This document shows positions 63,001 to 64,000 of a stretch of 64,000 nt of DNA, one piece after another. Every line of letters begins with the position of its first letter. The stretch's first letter is position 1. A program made the translations under genes and the position numbers. The notes beneath the pieces are model-generated. The model did no database searches, had not been told where the DNA came from, and was given only the letters and a program-made list of their open reading frames with translations. The DNA is taken from the NCBI GenBank assembly GCA_050273025.1, contig CP158636.1, positions 7,998,001-8,062,000 on the forward strand, read 5' to 3'. Source of the DNA: Cenococcum geophilum. Taxonomy: Eukaryota.

Positions 63001-64000
63001 CTACTACTATCCCATTAATCCTATTTTCGAGTATTACATTATTTTCCGTTAACCGGTTAACTATCTATTATAACTACCCTACTGTTACAGGTTGTTATAA
63101 GTTAGTATCTGCCATACTAGTATCATTACCTAATTCTAAGGTAGTTGCTGCCGTTAAGGGCGTTGTGGTGGCCGCTTTTAGTGGCATATTATCTAACTTC
63201 TTAATACCGTAACTAGGTAGTAATTGTATAACGGAACCTTATAGTAAGAACTACAGTAGGTCCTATTAATAGGCTAGGTGTGTAGGTAATATAAGGAAGT
63301 TAACAACGTAATAATAACTAGTAGAGTGGTTACCTAATAGATTAACTCTAATTGTATTCTAAGAATTACTATAAGAAAGGAACTATCTAGGTAGGGACTA
63401 AGGGTCCTTAAATACACAACCTTACTCCTATAAAATCCTTCTTATATATAATATACGCGTGCTCTATTTACTTTGTTACGGATTATATAGATTATATAGA
63501 TTATACAGATTATATTACGTGACTTAGTTACCATTCCTTATCACATGGCTTAACTAGATCTATCCTAGACCGTGCTTTTATTAACCAACTAGCTTCTTCT
63601 AACTCTTCTCCAAGTAGTCGTAATATAGTACTTAAAGCGTCCGTAACAAATATTATAGAACTTTATTATAAAGTTACTAAAGTTAAGAGATCCTATTACC
63701 GAATAAGAGCACGATATAATTCTTATAATAGTAGATAAGTTAACTAAATAGGGCTACTTTATAGCATATATAGAAGAAATCTTAATAGAAGATATCGCTA
63801 GAATCTATATTAAAGAAGTATTTATAAGATATAGGGCACTAAGTAAAATTATATTAGATAGAGATCTAAGATTTATAGTAGTATTTTAGGAAGTATTTTT
63901 AGCGGAATAAGGAGTTTAAGTAGTAACTTCTACTATATATTACCCGCAGACGGATAGATAGATAAAAAGACTAAATTAGATACTAGAATAGTATTTAAGG

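Larger units (their letters stand above)
49404..63648 (-). mobile_element. Ty3/Gypsy chromovirus C (B family), full length (~7.9 kb without nested F and MITE)
   Basis: 422-bp LTRs at 49404-49825 and 63227-63648 with TSD AATAT (49399-49403, 63649-63653). PPT adjoins 49826. Internal region is collinear with B. Confidence 0.93.
43850..64000 (+). mobile_element. Ty3/Gypsy element E (A-type LTR ends), nested in D, interrupted in integrase by C, running off the window
   Basis: 5' LTR at 43850-44273 and primer site ATTTACTAC. Gag CCHC ~45215-45260, protease ~47195, RT ~48160, RNase H, integrase zinc finger ~49210-49325. The integrase core resumes at 63654. Confidence 0.88.

Overview
Filamentous ascomycete (Pezizomycotina, probably Dothideomycete) genomic DNA with two compartments. 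Positions 1 to ~13.2 kb are GC-balanced and gene-bearing: the 3' part of eIF3g/TIF35, the AKR1 palmitoyltransferase, an AFG1-type ATPase, an intronless mannitol-1-phosphate 5-dehydrogenase, and a PNS1 pseudogene hit by two solo-LTR-like insertions and RIP. From ~13.3 kb to the end is an AT-rich, RIP-degraded nest of transposons, most of whose boundaries resolve from target-site duplications. It holds six Ty3/Gypsy LTR elements (here A-F), a full-length Tad1-like LINE, two Tc1/mariner-pogo deletion derivatives, a 167-bp MITE, and a 3.26-kb TIR element containing five tandem-repeat arrays. Best candidate for a new system: three ~7.8-kb chromoviruses (A, B, C) each carry, antisense between the chromodomain and the PPT, a spliced gene. 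After RIP correction it encodes a Gal4-type Zn2Cys6 cluster plus a coiled coil, and the LTR U3 regions carry subfamily-specific tandem motifs. All Gypsy families here also show Tf1-type self-priming complementarity, with a compensatory change between families. Protein readings inside the TE block are manual RIP reconstructions, not intact ORFs, and no database searches were run.
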